From positions 79,422,001 through 79,486,000 of the forward strand of contig CM059434.1 in assembly GCA_030390025.1 (NCBI GenBank): DNA of 64,000 bases, written 5' to 3'. Below the pieces are notes generated by a model. The model saw nothing but the letters and a program-made list of their open reading frames with translations. It was not told the DNA's origin and searched no databases. Source of the DNA: Squalus acanthias (taxonomy: Eukaryota). The position numbers and the translations under genes were made by a program. Below, piece after piece: positions 36,982-50,790 of the stretch. Each line of letters opens with the position of its first letter. The stretch's first letter is position 1.

Positions 36982-37039
36982 CTGAACAAAGTATTCGTGA
37001 AATTACTCCACGTGTAGAAAATTCCGAGCCGGACACAGC

Positions 37040-37545
37040 GTAACTCATTCAAAACTCTGCTGCCCGTATCCTGTCCCGCTCCAAGTCCCGCTCACCCATC
37101 ACCCCTGTGCTTGCTGACCTACTTTGGCTGCCGGTCCCCCAACCCCTCCAATTTTTCATTCTCATCGTCGCGTTCAAATCCCTTCATGGTTTTCCCCCCT
37201 CCCTATCTCTCTAACCTCCCTCTAGCCCTACAACCCTCCCCCCCCCGAACCCTTTGTTCCTCTGATTCTGGCCTCATGTGTATCCCCCCCACTCCCTTCG
37301 CCCCACTATTGGCGGCCGTGCCTTCAGCTGTCTCTGCTCCACGGTCTGAAATTCCCTCCCTAAACCTCACCTCTCCTCCTCTGAGCAGCTCCTTAATACT
37401 TGCCTCTTTGACCAAGCTACTGGTCACCCCTCCCCTCCCCCCGCTTCGGCTCAGCGTCCATTGTCCTCTGATAACGCTACTCTGAAGTGCCTTCAGATTT
37501 TTTTAGGGAGAAGGTGCTATATAAATGCAAGATGTTGTTGTTCAT
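37040..37545 (+). mobile_element. L2 3' fragment
   Basis: Same family as 6180-6500; AAATGCAAGATGTTGTTG tail. Confidence 0.8.
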
Positions 37546-37660
37546 TAATACTGATGATTCTGGTTCAACATCTGTACAAATGTGGAGAGAATTCTACTCA
37601 AATGGGGTAGATTTTAAACTTACCACCGGGTGCATAACTGGCATTAAGTTTAAAATCTTT

Positions 37661-38479
37661 GGGGGAAAAATTCAGTTGGTTGCGCCTCCCGTTAGCGCCT
37701 TAAGAGGGCGCTAATGGGGCGCAAAGCAACTAGCGCCCGGGCATGGTGATGTTTGCGCCGCTCGCGAAATTAACTAGACATTTGCGGCGGTGCTAAACAG
37801 TACCGCCACGATCTCCTGCGCCGGCAGATCGTGACGTCAGTCGAGTGAGCAACGCCCCGGTAGCGCCCCGGAGCGGATATTGAGTGGCGCCCCCTACCTT
37901 ACCGCCTGCCGCTAGCAACAACAGGTTGAGGGGAGCGTTTTGCAGTCAGGAAGGGACTGGGGGAGCGCTATTTAAAGGCAACCGCTTCCTGCCTTTTTTT
38001 TGTTGGCGACATTTTTGAACCACGCATTCTGAGAGAGAGAGAGAGACTTCTGGAGAGATTCAACGCTGTGTGAAGGAGTTTTGTGTACTGAGCAGCACTT
38101 TGCAGGTTCATTTCGATTTGCCCTTCCTTGTATCGATTTAGAAGAGACTGTGGGGGCTGCACTCTGAGCTCTTTCCCTGGGCCTCTCCATTGTTCTTTCC
38201 AGCAGATTTGATGTACAGGTCTTTCCAGGCCGTGATTCAAGGCTGCAATGAGCAGGATGTGGATGGAAAGCAAGATCAACCATCCCCTTTAAGAACTGAC
38301 CCGGGCCATTGTGTGTGTGTTCCATTGCTGACTGACATCACATGAGCTTCGCCAGCGCTCTGAGTTAGTGCCTCGCTCCTCGGCCTTTGCGCCTTATGAC
38401 AGATGTGTAGCGCCTGATTTAGAGCTCCAATCACCTACGGGGGCGATAATAGTCAAGTTTGCAGTCGGAGGCGATAATT
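37661..38479 (+). mobile_element. 904-bp Harbinger-like MITE family, copy A (right end lost)
   Basis: Starts GGGGGAAAAATTCAG; collinear with 52374-54720 minus its insert; ends against a Deu-SINE fragment. Confidence 0.85.
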
Positions 38480-38659
38480 GGTCATTATCACATTGCTGCT
38501 TGTGGGAGCTTGCTGAGCGCAAATTGGCTGCCGTGTTTCCTACATTACAACAATGACTACATTTCAAAAAGAACTTCATTGGCTGTAAAGTGCTTTGGGA
38601 CGTCCGGTGGTCGTGAAAGACGCTATAGAAATGCAGGTCTTTCTTTTTCTTCTTTTACT

Positions 38660-38915
38660 TTCACCTTGCACCGAATCACTTTTGTCATTTAATCTCTCCT
38701 GCCTTCCACCCTATCACAGACCTTCCCTTTAGTTCTCTCCTCACCCCTCCCCCCTTTCCCTGCCCCTGTACTTGCTTAAAAGCTGTTCATCTCTAACTTT
38801 TTCCCGTTCTGACGAAAGGTCATCGGCCTGAACCGTTAACTCTATTTCTCTCTCCACAGATGCTGCCTGACCTGCTGAGTATTTCCAGCATTCTCTGTTT
38901 TTCAGATTTCCAGCG
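38660..38915 (+). mobile_element. Penelope-like 3' fragment with a degenerate hammerhead
   Basis: CTGACGAAAGGTCATCGGCCTGAACCGTTAAC; same family as 1106-1338 (other bits at ~26800-26910 and ~40570-40620). Confidence 0.7.
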
Positions 38916-39114
38916 CTTGTAACACTGATGATGCGTCCGCCCGCCTGTTATAGAAACTGCCTGATCTTCAACTCCATTGATGTCGCTGGAAACGAAAACC
39001 GGCCGGTTTCTATCAAGGGCGGCCGATTTGCAACCCCTGTTTTACGCTGGGCTGGCAAGTCGAAATTGTCCCCCAAAATGCCTTTCGATGCTTTCTGCTT
39101 CTCTCATACTCTGA

Positions 39115-39991
39115 GGGGGAGAAATTCAGTATCGCCCCATTTAGGGCGCAATTATCAGCCGGGCGCAAAGTTTAGCACCTGGCGCTAATTATCGCCTCCG
39201 ACTGCAAACTTGGCTTCTATTGCCCCTGGAGGTGATTGGAGCACTAAATCAGGCACTACACACCTCTCTTAAGGCGCTAACGCCGAGGAGCGAGGCGCTA
39301 CCTCAGAGCGCTGGCGAAGCTCCTGTGATGTCAGTCAGCAATGGAACACAGACACACTGGTGCCGGCCAGTTCTTAAAGGGGAGGGTCGATCTTGCTCTC
39401 CATCCACACCCTGCTCATTGCAGCCTTGAATCTCGGCCTGGAGAGACCTGTACATCAAATCTGCTGGAAAGAACAATGGAGAGGCCCAGGGAAAGAGCTC
39501 AGAGTGCAGCCCCCACAGTCTCTTCTAAATCGATACAAGGAAGGGCAAATCGAAATGAACCTGCAAAGTGCTGCTCAGTACACAAAACTCCTTCACACAG
39601 CGTTGAATCTCTCCAGAAGTCTCTCTCTCTCTCAGAATGCGTGGTGCAAAAATGTCGCCGACAAAAAAAGACAGGACCCGGTCGCCTTTAAATAGCGCTC
39701 CCCCAGTCCCTTCCCGACTGCAAAACGCTCCCCTCAACCTGTCGTTGCTAGCGGCAGGCGGTAAGGCAGGGGGCACCACTCAATATCCGGTCCGGGGCGC
39801 TACCAGGGTGTTGCGCACTCGACTGACGTCACGATCTGCAGGCGCAGGAGATTGTGGCGGTAGTGTTTAGCACCGCCGCAAAACGTCTGGTCAATTTCGC
39901 AAGTGGTGCAAACATCGCCGCGCCCAGGCGCTAGTTGCTTTGCGCCCCATTAGCGCTAACGGGAGGTGCAAAGCAACCAAATTTTTACCCC
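39115..39991 (-). mobile_element. 904-bp Harbinger-like MITE family, copy B
   Basis: GGGGGAGAAATTCAG...AATTTTTACCCC ends; flanks TGA/TTA. Confidence 0.88.
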
Positions 39992-42165
39992 TTAGTCCCT
40001 GAAGGAAAGATGCAACTCTTTTAAATGGGAAAGAATCAGGGCGAAATATGATCAGATGTTTCATGCAAACATTGCTTTTGTTTGTGTTGCCCAGTTACTG
40101 TACTGGTTGCTCCTTCCGACCGATGATTGTTCGTCCTTCAATTAATCACTAGGGTGCCCAAGGCCCAATCGATTTGACAGATAGAAAGCTCAGGGTGTAA
40201 TCAAACTAGCTAATCCCTTATTATCTCAGAGTTACCACGATCTAATCACTTGATTCAACTAATCAGCGTGAGTTATTGCCTCTTACGAATTTTCAGTTTA
40301 CATTAAGTGTTTGGAATTTCTCCACCATTTGATTTTACTGCTTGCATGCTAGTTTTTCACGCTAAGTCTGCTTTGGGAATTGTAAATAGTTACACATTAT
40401 AAAGGTTCAGTTAATTCCGCATTGCAAACAGTTCAGTGTTCCACACTTCACTCCGGGCATAGCAATCACAATATTAGTGCAGTCAATTAAAATAAATGAT
40501 TGTTTGTTTGAGCACACGTGTATTTGCTGACACAGTTTACATAGCTCTAATCCGAGCAGCGTCAGGAGATGAAATAAAAACAGATAATGCTGGAAATACT
40601 CAGCAGGTCAGGCAGCATCGGTAGAAGATGAAACCTGGCTTGTTGAAGGGAGGCCTCTAACAGTTTGACTGAAATGGAATTTGGATCCATTTCGAAAGCT
40701 TCGTAATGAGGTGCGAGGCTTTCACCGAACAGGCATTAGAAGGGGTGGTCTTCAGAACCTGAGGAACCTTTCGAAAGGAATCGAGAAATCTTATTCCTCA
40801 CAGCCTCATTACGTGAGTGGTGTAGCTAAATCATGACCCTCCAGAAGTAGAAAGGGCTGCTTTACTTCACAAAGCAAAACAGCATCACTAGTGAGAAATA
40901 GCAAACCACTAACTATTCTTCAACAAATTTCTTCTGCCAGTTGTGAGGACAGTGATGGCGGGGGCTCGGGTGGTCTCTGAAAACACGGTGTCTGCAACGT
41001 CTGAATGTAACTAACGGAGTTTGCGTGCACAGTTGCACAAAGCGGGTAGATCGGAATTGGTTTCCTGTTAAACTAAGACCAAGATGATCACGGATGAGAG
41101 AGGCCATACATCGCATCTCAGCGCATCCATCCAGAAAACCCTAACGTCTCCCCATTCTAGCATCCAATTGGTTCTTTAATGATTCCAGGGCTTTTTCCTG
41201 CACGGCCCTATCTGGGAGTCCATTTCATGTGTTGACCACACGCTGGGGTGGACCTTGACTGTGCAATAGTGTAATACAGGCAACAGCGAGTCGGCGGCCC
41301 GCTTTACAACTCTCGCCAGTTTATTCCCATTGAAGTAAAACAAGTTGCCGACTACACAAAATCAAGACCTGCCCCATTGTCTGAAGAAAACCTCCACAAC
41401 TTGCAACTTGCATTTTTAATCTGTGACCCCTGGTTCTACTCTTACTGTTTAAAGTAATATTCCAGATTTAGAGGGCTGAATTTTCCGAGGTGGTAGCGGG
41501 CGCGATCGGTGGCGGGTCGGGTGGGAACATTTTTTTTTGACAGCAGGTCGGGAACCCGATGTCAACTCGCTCCCATGCGCCTTTCCCCCAGGCGCATCTG
41601 TCAGTGTGGAGCCGACCTGACCGGCAGTGGTGGGGGATCCTACTGAAATCATGATGAGGTACTTTATAGGCACTTAAGTTCCTTTTCCCCCTACTTTTCT
41701 AATTTCCCTGCATGGCCACGGGATTCACACAGCTCGGGAAGCACGTCTGTTAACCTGAGGCGGGAGTTCTGTGGCCATTGCTCCAGCTGATTACTTGACA
41801 GCATGGAAAACAAACCAAAATAAAAACATGTTGATTACATCAGCTAACAGATTGATGGAGATTCTGTTTTACTTGAAAAGCTACTGGTAAATGTTAATTT
41901 TTCACTGGCCATTCTCGGCTGTTGCCTTCCAACTCGACAGTAATTGCAGTGAATTGATCTGCACTGTAAAAAATGACATATACCATTGAAATAAATTTGT
42001 GTGTTGTTTCTGGTCAGGTTTTTCTCACAGTATACTGTGATTGTCCAGTTACAATTAAATCAAGTCATCAACCGTAACAATTTCATTCTCATCACTCATT
42101 CCACTGGTTCAATTTGCTTTCAGTCCCTGAATATGACTAATATAATTTTTCAGTCTGAGACTTTA

Positions 42166-42323
42166 GGGTGAATTTCTGCGGAGGTTCTCTCACTTGTCCA
42201 TTGTTAACTTCAACGGAAGTGCTGCAGAAATCCCAGAAACACATTGTGAGCACCACTTACACCGTTTGTCAGGGATTCCGCAGCTTTTCCACTGAGCTTG
42301 CATAAGATTGTAAATCCACCCCT
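42166..42323. mobile_element. Degenerate short Harbinger-like MITE
   Basis: TTA-GGGTGAATTT...AAATCCACCCC-TTT. Confidence 0.45.
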
Positions 42324-45300
42324 TTACAATTGCATTTAACATCTGCTTAATTTAATAAATTACCTATATACACACATCTTTTATTTGTAACAGTTACTGA
42401 TACAAAAGTCTACAGATTTGTGACTAAAGCACCAATAACTTCCCAATTAATGTACTTTTTTAATGATGTTCTTGATCGTATTTGTAGATGGAGTCATATT
42501 ACTTGATAATTTTATTTAAATATTTCTTTGTCACTCATATATAACTTTTATCATATGATTGTACAGTAAAGATTCAACACCCACTATGTTAGATTAAACT
42601 TAAAATTTAATGTGGCCATGGTCCCTTAAAGAATCCTGGCTTAAAACGCGTCATGAATGACGTCACCAGACTCGCTCCATCTAATTGGGCTGGGTAACAC
42701 GCTGGTTTAATAGGCCCCATTAAGGTAAGTTCATTCTGTACAGCGGGATGGAGCCAGCAGCAGGGTCGGGACCAGACATCGACACCGGCCACACCGGACC
42801 TAAACCTCTTCATCTCTCTACTTTTCTCTCCCCCTTTAAGACGCTCCTTAAAACCTACCTCTGACCAAGCTTTTGGTCATCTATCCTAATATCTCCTTAT
42901 GTGGGTCGTTGTCAAAGTGTATTTAACCTCCACGTGAGCAATTTTTCCTAATCACATTTACCCGCCCTGTTCCCATATCCCTTCAAATCCTTTTCCTTCA
43001 TCCACCTCTCCAATCTAATCTTCAATGTTGACACAGTTTCTGCCTCAGCCACTGACCCTGGAAGTGAATTCCACAACTCTCTGTGAAGGAGTTTCTCCTG
43101 CTCTCTTTAATCTTGGATCTGTGGCCCCTTGTTCCAGATCCTACTGGAAACAGAATCTACCCTGTCTGATCCTTTCATCATTTTAAACACTTCTATCATA
43201 TCACCTCGTAATCTGTGTTGTTGTAGTGAAAAAAGACCCAATTTTTCAAGCTACTCCTGGCTATCAATTAACCTCCCTGTAAACTACAAGCACAGAAAGC
43301 AGAATTGGCTGTTCACAGTTGGGTTGAAGTGTGGATGTAATGTTGCTTACCTTCCAGGCTCTGAATCCTGGACTGTCTGGGAAGAGAAAAGCAACAAAGT
43401 AAGTTGGGATTCAGGAAACAGTTGGGAAAATTTTTGAACCATACTTTTTAACAAAAGACTGAACTAGGTACACCATGGCAAATTATTACACAGTCAAATA
43501 CAACTCAATTAGTTTGTATAAAATATTTTGTATGATTTGGAGACAGCAGAGAAGCTGAGCTGCAATCAGATTCTCACGTGGGGACGTTCACTGTATCTAA
43601 CTGCTCGCCGTACCTTACTCTGTTTATCAAACCTGCCTGTTTTTAACTGGAGGACAAGTCCTACTGAGCAATGTTTCTCAATATTATTTTCAATAAAACA
43701 GGATGATATCTCTCCCCCACCCCCCGCCGTTGCAGGTCCCTCTCGCTCACCACGCGCTCGCCTCAGAGGCAGATGGCATTTCCCAATCACTGGGTCCGCA
43801 CTGGGCACTGATTCACTGCCGGGTCCTCCCTCCCTATGATGAGACACCTCACCCCTGGCCAGTACTGGCCAACGGGAAACTCAGCTTTGCACTCAAATGT
43901 GTGAGGTTAACGGGATTAATATTGTTCTCAATGTGATAAATTGCAGGCGAGAGCCCGAGCCCTAGAAATTCGTCTCGGGCAGGGGCACAAAACGGGCGGT
44001 ATCGGATCGGCCGCCCGTTATACGCAGTGTCTGATATTTAATTTGCAGCCAATAAAGCACTTCTAAAGCGTAATCGCTGTTGCAATGTAGGAAACACGGC
44101 AGCCAATTTGCGCACAGCAAGATCCGACAAACAGAAATAGGATAAATGTCCAGATCATCTGTTTTAGGTGTTGACTGAGGGACAAATGTTGGCGCACTTC
44201 CTGTCTGCACCACTTGAGTTCTTGTTGTCATGTTTATGTCACACTTGCCGTGTTACTTTTTTCCATTCTAAATTCCTATGCCCACATTCACAATGGAAAT
44301 GTCGATGTGAACTCATCGCCATGATTGTGCCATCTGGCCACTGGGTTCCCACAATTCCCTCAAAATGCTTTCTGAATTTTTTTTCTCTGTAACTAAAAAT
44401 TCTATTGTCCAAAATAAGGTTCCAACAACATTTTATAAATTCCAAAATATTGCATATTTTACCATAACATGATTAAATTTTCCTGTTGAATTGTCTTTTG
44501 TATCTTTTAATGCTTTCATTAAAGTTTACTTGATGACTTCAGCCTATCCCAAAATAACCTGGGCTTGGCTTTGATATTCTGCCCAGAGCTCTGATGATAT
44601 GAGCTGTATTTGGATTGTACAGTCTGAGCAGATACAGTGTACCTCATTTCCCAGGACGCATCAGTACCATTCAGTAAATTATACTGATGGAATATTTTTC
44701 TTCAGTTTGTAGCAATTATTTGACGAAAAGTTAGAAAACAGAGTGAGTACGTGTTTGTGTGAATGAGACAGAGAGAGCGCGAGAGAGAGACAGGGGACAA
44801 TGGCAGTGTTCTGATTACATACCCGTGTAGCTTTTATTTTGTGTTGTAAAACTCCAGAAAGTGAAAGAGACTGCGCTCAGAGAGAGGGGAAGAGAGAGAT
44901 TGCATGGGTGTGAGCGAATGGTGAGGGGAAGAAACAATGTGTATTTCTTCACATAATGTCACTTCAATCTATTATATATTAAAAATGGTGAGTGGTCTCA
45001 AGATTTCAACTGCACTCCACAAGCAGGTGAGGCTTTAAACGTAATGTTATGTGACAGATTGAAAACAATGGGATGTCACCTAACGTTACGTGACAGCCTT
45101 CAGCACCCTTCCTCCTAACTCCATACATTCAAAAATGACAGATATTGTCAAAAGGTTAACTTCCCAATTGTTTTGTGAGTTCTAAATGTTTATCCTTACC
45201 AAATCCCCGCACAATGGCAAGGTTGTTTAAATTCCTGATCTTTGCCGGAAACAGAAAGCCAGAAGTTGAAAGAATGCATCAACAGGCCCCTGTTTGAAGT

Positions 45301-45480
45301 GCCCCGAAGTGAACCCCTGACTCAGTTTGAGGTTCCTGACCTGGTAATGTGGAATGGATCTTGCAATGTGGAATCCCAGAGAGATCCACCTAAGAAAATC
45401 TTTTCAGATTTGCCTCCTCACTGAGTTGGTCAATTGCTGTTTAAGACCAGTGTCAGCTGTGGCTCAGTGGTAGCACTCTC

Positions 45481-47914
45481 ATAGAGTCATAGTCATAGAG
45501 TTATACAGCACAGAAAGAGGCCTTTCGTGTCCATGCCAGCCATCAAGCCCTGTCTATTCTAATCCTATTTTCCAGCACTTGGTCCGTAGCCTTGTATGCT
45601 ATGGCGTTTCAAGTGCTCATCTAAATGCTTCTTGAATGTTGTGAGGGTTCCTGCCTCTACCACCCTTTCAGGCAGTGAGTTCCAGATTCCAACCACCCTC
45701 TGGGTGAAAAAGTTTTTCCTCAAATCTCCTCTAAACCTCCTGCCCCTTACCTTGAAACTATGCCCCCTGGTTACTGACCCCTTTACTAAGGGGAAAAGTT
45801 CCTTTCTATCTACCCTATCTATGCCCCTCATAATTTTGTACACCTCAATCAGGTCCCCCCTCAGCCTTCTCTGCTCTAAGGAAAACAACCCCAGCCTGTC
45901 CAGTCTCTCTTCATAGCTGAAGCGCTCCAGCCCAGGTAACATCCTGGTGAATCTCCTCTGCACCCTCTCCAATGCAATCACATCCTTCCTATAGTGTGGC
46001 GACCAGAACTGCACACAGTATTCCAGCTGTGGCCTAACTAGCGTTTTGTACAGCTCCATCATAACCTCCCTGCTCTTATATTCTATGCCTCGGCTAATGA
46101 AGGCAAGTATACCATATGCCTTTTTAACCACCTTATCTACCTGTCCTGCTGCCTTCAGGGATCTATGTACATGCATACCAAGGTCCCTCTGATCCTCTGT
46201 CCTTCCTAGGGTCCTACCATTCATTGTGTATTCCCTTGCCTTGTTAGTCCTCCCAAAATGCATCATATCACACTTTTCAGGGTTAAATTCCATTTGCCAC
46301 TGTTCTGCCCATCTGACCAACCCGTCTATATCGTCCTGTAATCTAATCCTGTAGCCTGAGGCTTCCCTCCTCGCTATTTACCACCCCACCAATTTTCGTG
46401 TCATCTGCGAACTTACTGATCATACCTCCTACATTCATATCTAAATCATTAATGTACACTACAAACAACAAAGGACCCAGCACCGATCCCTGCGGTACAC
46501 CACTGGACACAGGCTTCCAGTCACAAAAACAAGCTTTGACCATCACCCTCTGCCTCCTGCCACTAAGCCAATTTTGGATCCAATGTGCCAAATTGCCCTG
46601 GATCCCATGGGCTCTTACCTTCTTGACCAGTCTCCCATGTGGGACGTTGTCAAAAGCCTTACTGAAGTCCATGTAGACTACATCAACTGCACTACCCTCA
46701 TCCACACACCTAGTCACCCCCTCAAAATTCAATCAAATTGGTCAGACATGATCTCCCCCTGACAAAGCCATGCTGACTATCCTTGATTAATCCTTGCCTC
46801 TCCAAGTGGAGACTAATTCTGTCCCTCAGAATTTTTTCCAATAATTTCCCTACCACTGATGTTAGGCTCACTGGCCTGTAATTCCCTGGTTTATCCCTAC
46901 TACCCTTCTTGAATAATGGTACTATGTTAGCTGTTCTCCAGTCCTCTGGCACCTCCCCTGTGGCCAGAGAGGTTCTGAAAATTTGTGTCAGAGCCCCTGC
47001 AATCTCCTCCCTTGCCTCACACAGCAGCCTGGGATACATCTCGTCTGGGACTGAGGATTTATCCACTTTTAAGACCGCTAAAACTGCTAGTACCTCCTCC
47101 CTCTCAATACTAATTTGTTCAAGTATATCACAATCCCCCTGCCTGATTTCTATGCCTACATCGTCCTTCTCCATAGTGAACACAGATGCAAAATATTCAT
47201 TTAAAACATCACCTACATCTTCTTGCTCTACACACAGATTGCCACTTTGGTCCCTAATGGGCCCTACTCTTTCCCCGGTTATCCTCTTGCCCTTAATATA
47301 CTTATAAAACACCTTGGGATTTTCCTTTATTTTGCCCGCCAGACTCCTTGCATTAAAATAAATGCCATCCAGCCTTGCCATACTCCCTTGTGCCGTTACA
47401 TATTTGCTCTGCCTTCCAGGCTGACTTGTTTTTTCCTCTATATTTGGCTGTGCATCACCCCCTACTATAGCTCCACTCCGTATCCCATCCCCCTGCCAAG
47501 TTAGTTTAAACCCCCCACAACAGTACTAGCAAACCTCCCCGCAAGGATGTTGGTCCCGTTCCGGTTCAGGTGCAACCCGTCCGACTTGTACAGGTCCCAC
47601 CTTCCCCAGCATCAGACCCAGTGATCCAGGAAACTAAAGCCCTCCCTCCTGCACCAACTCTTTAGCCACGCATTCATCTGCTCTATCCTCCTATTCCTAT
47701 ACTCACTAGCACGTGGCACCGGGAGTAATCCAGAGATTACAACCTTTGAGGTCCTGCTTTTTAATCTGCTACCTAGCTCCCTAAATTCTTGTTGCAGGAC
47801 TTCATCCCTCTTTCTACCCATGTCGTTGGTACTAATGTGAACCATGACCTCTGACTGTTCGCCCTCCCCCTTCAGAATGCCCTGCAGCCGTTCAGTGACA
47901 TCCTTGACCCTGGC
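45481..47914 (-). mobile_element. CR1 LINE with partial ORF1 (SGNH esterase-like) and ORF2 lacking nearly all of the endonuclease
   Basis: ORF1 VHISTND..VVISGLLP; ORF2 YFNARSL joined directly to IKENPK; RT YINDLD and FADDTK with frameshifts. Confidence 0.92.
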
Positions 47915-48176
47915 AAATTTTTTATTGTGTTTTTTTAAAAGGCTTATGTCTATGTGTGTGTGAGAGAGAAAGAGCAAGAGTTTGGGGAAATGACAGCAGC
48001 TTGTGTTTTGTGTTCGATGAATTTAAGAAAGTATATTAAGATGAGGAGGGCAAGAAAGAGTCTTCATGTTAATGTTAATTCAGTTTTAAAAAAAAGTTTA
48101 AGTTTGAAGCCAACTAATTATCTCACATGTTTTATTGACAGTTAGAAAAGGTCATTGCTTACACCTATGAGACAGA

Positions 48177-49080
48177 GGGGGAAAAATTCAGTATCGCCCC
48201 GTTTGGGACGCGATTATCGGCTGGGTGCAAAGTTTAGCGCCTGGCGCTAATTATCACCTCCGACTGCAAACTTGGCTTTTATCGCCCCTGGAGGTGATTG
48301 GAGCACTAAATCAGGTGCGTCACACCTGTCTTAAGGAGCAAAGGCCGAGGAGCGAGGCGCTACCTCAGAGCGCTGGCGAAGCTCATGTGATGTCAGTCAG
48401 CAATGGAACACAGACACACTGTCGCTGGCCAGTTCTTAAAGGGGATTGGGTCGATCTTACTCTCCATCCACACCCTGCTCATTGCAGCCTTGAATCTAGG
48501 CCTGGAGAGACCTGTATATCAAATCTGTTGGAAAGAACAATGGAGAGGCCCAGGGAAAGAGCTCAGAGTGCAGCCCCCACAGTCTCTTCTAAATCGATGT
48601 AAGGAAGATCAAATAAAAAAGAACCTGCAAAGTGCTGCTCAGTACCCAAAACTCCTCAACACTGCTTTGAATATCTCCTGCAGTCTCTCTCTCTCTCTCT
48701 CTCAGAATGCGTGGTGAAAAAATTTCGCAGACAAAAAAAAGCAGGAAGCGGTCGTCTTTAAATAGTGCTCCCCCAGTCCCTTCCCGACTGCAAAACGCTC
48801 CCCTCAACCTGTCGTTGCTAGCGGCAGGTGGTAAGACAGGGAGCGCCACTCAATATCCGGTCCGGGGTGCTACCGGGGCGTTGCACGTTCGACTGATGTC
48901 ACGATCTGCAGGCGCAGGAGATCATGGCGGTAGTGGTAGTGTTTAGCGCTGCCGCAAAATGTCTAGTCAATTTTGTGAGCGGCGCAAACATTGCCGCGCA
49001 TGGGCGCTAGTTGCTTTGCGCCACATTAGCACCCTCTTAAGGCGCTAACGGGAGGCGCAAACCAACCGAATTTTTCCCCC
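48177..49080 (-). mobile_element. 904-bp Harbinger-like MITE family, copy C (complete)
   Basis: Perfect TIR GGGGGAAAAATTC/GAATTTTTCCCCC; 3-bp TSD AGA. Confidence 0.92.
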
Positions 49081-50469
49081 AGAGATTCTAACACCTATCA
49101 GAGAGAGGGAGAGTGACGGGTGAGAGAAAAGCACGTATAGAGAGAACGGCTGAGAGCCAGTGTTTTTCCTCATTCTAAATTGATTTCTTTTTTAAAAACG
49201 GAGTTAAATTTTGAAAGTAAATAAAGTCTCCTTGAGAGAAACTGATTTGAATGGAGGGTATCAGGGGAATCAAAGGAGGAAAATTGGTTGAAGATGAGGA
49301 GACCTCTGGCTTCTAACCACACACAATTGGGTAGATTGAGTGGGAGTGGGCAGGATGGGTGGAAGTGAGAGTCAGCAGAGCAGGAGGAGTGGAAGATGAA
49401 AGGGGTTGAGTGAGTAGTTCAAACAGAGCGAGAGGACAGGGGTAAGTATGAGTGATGGGGGAGGGGATGGAAAGGGAACCATTGAGGGCCACATATTCCC
49501 TGCGACCTCTGTCCACCTCCCAGTTAAAAGGATAAAAAGAAAAGACAGAGCGAGAGAGCAAATAGAATTAAGAAGAGAAAAGCAGCGAAGAGAAAGAGGA
49601 GGTGAGACACAGAGAAAACCAGCAACATAAAGTCAGCAGTAAGGGAGCAACCATATTCTCCAACTTACTGTGTGCATTACGGGAGATCAATGAGTAATAT
49701 ATTAAAAATGCTACGTCTGCAGCACTTCCTATCAACTTTTTGGATTATAAATTCCTGTGTCCACATTTATAATGGAAACTGTCTGTGTAAACGCGTCAGG
49801 CTGTAATTGCACACTCTTGCCAGTTGAGGCACTGCAGCATCTCTACTGGTGGGAGGGTGTTATTACAGTGTGACAAGTTTACATAGGCAGTGTCCATTAT
49901 AACCATGGCTTTAGGAATTTATATATTAGAAATAAAATATAAGAATAAGTACAGAATGTATGGCTATTACATTTGGACAACCTGGTCCAATTATCCCCAT
50001 GCCCTATAATCCCCATGCCCTCTAACCTTGCCTCACCTGAAGACTACATTTGGTCTTGTCTCCCAGTTTGCAAACGTACCAGTATTGTATTAAAAATCAT
50101 GTGTGTTTTCATATCGTATGGTTGTAATATTCCCGGATGATCACTAATATTGTTAATTGGCCCACGCCAAGGGTTCTAGTTCTCAAATTTCAAGAGCAGG
50201 CCTCCCCTGAGCGAAACTTTGAAGCCTCCTGGTTGTTACCCAACAAAGCAAAGAAGGGGAAATCAATTGCTGCATTTTCCAACCACATCAGGCACAGCAA
50301 AAGCAAATGTTAAAATACAAAATATAAAAATGTGGACAGAAAAATACCACTGTTGCCCTCAGCAAAGGAAAAAGAAATGAAGTACCATTTGCGATTAACT
50401 GTGCAACGCTCTCAATGTCATCAGTGGTGTGGATGGGGCTTTTCTATTCAGGGTTGCTAGGACAGAAAG

Positions 50470-50790
50470 GTAATCTCCTCCAGCCCTACAGGCCTCCGAG
50501 ATCTCAGTGCTCCTCCAATTCTGGCCTCTTGCGCAACCCCCGATTTTAATCATTGGCGGCCGTGCCTTCAGCTGCCGAGGCCCCAAGCTCTGTAATTCTC
50601 TCCCTAACCGCCTCTCTACCTCTCTCTCTCCTCCTTTAAGGCGCTCCTTAAAACCTACCTCTTTGACCAAGCTTTTGGTCACCTGCCCTAATATCTCTTA
50701 TGTGGCTCGGTGTTAAATTTTGTTTGATAATGCCCTGTGGGATGTTTTACTATGCTAAAAGTGCTATAGAAATGCAAGTTGTTGTTGCCG
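50470..50790 (+). mobile_element. L2 3' end
   Basis: GGCGGCCGTGCCTTCAGC..AAATGCAAGTTGTTGTTG. Confidence 0.8.

Noticed and set aside
39393-39695. ~100-aa ORF shared by the MITE copies (LSIHTLLIAALNLGLERP...)
   Set aside because: No ATG start, no recognisable transposase or Myb motif, and antisense to the TATA-like motif; a shared open frame is expected among young copies.
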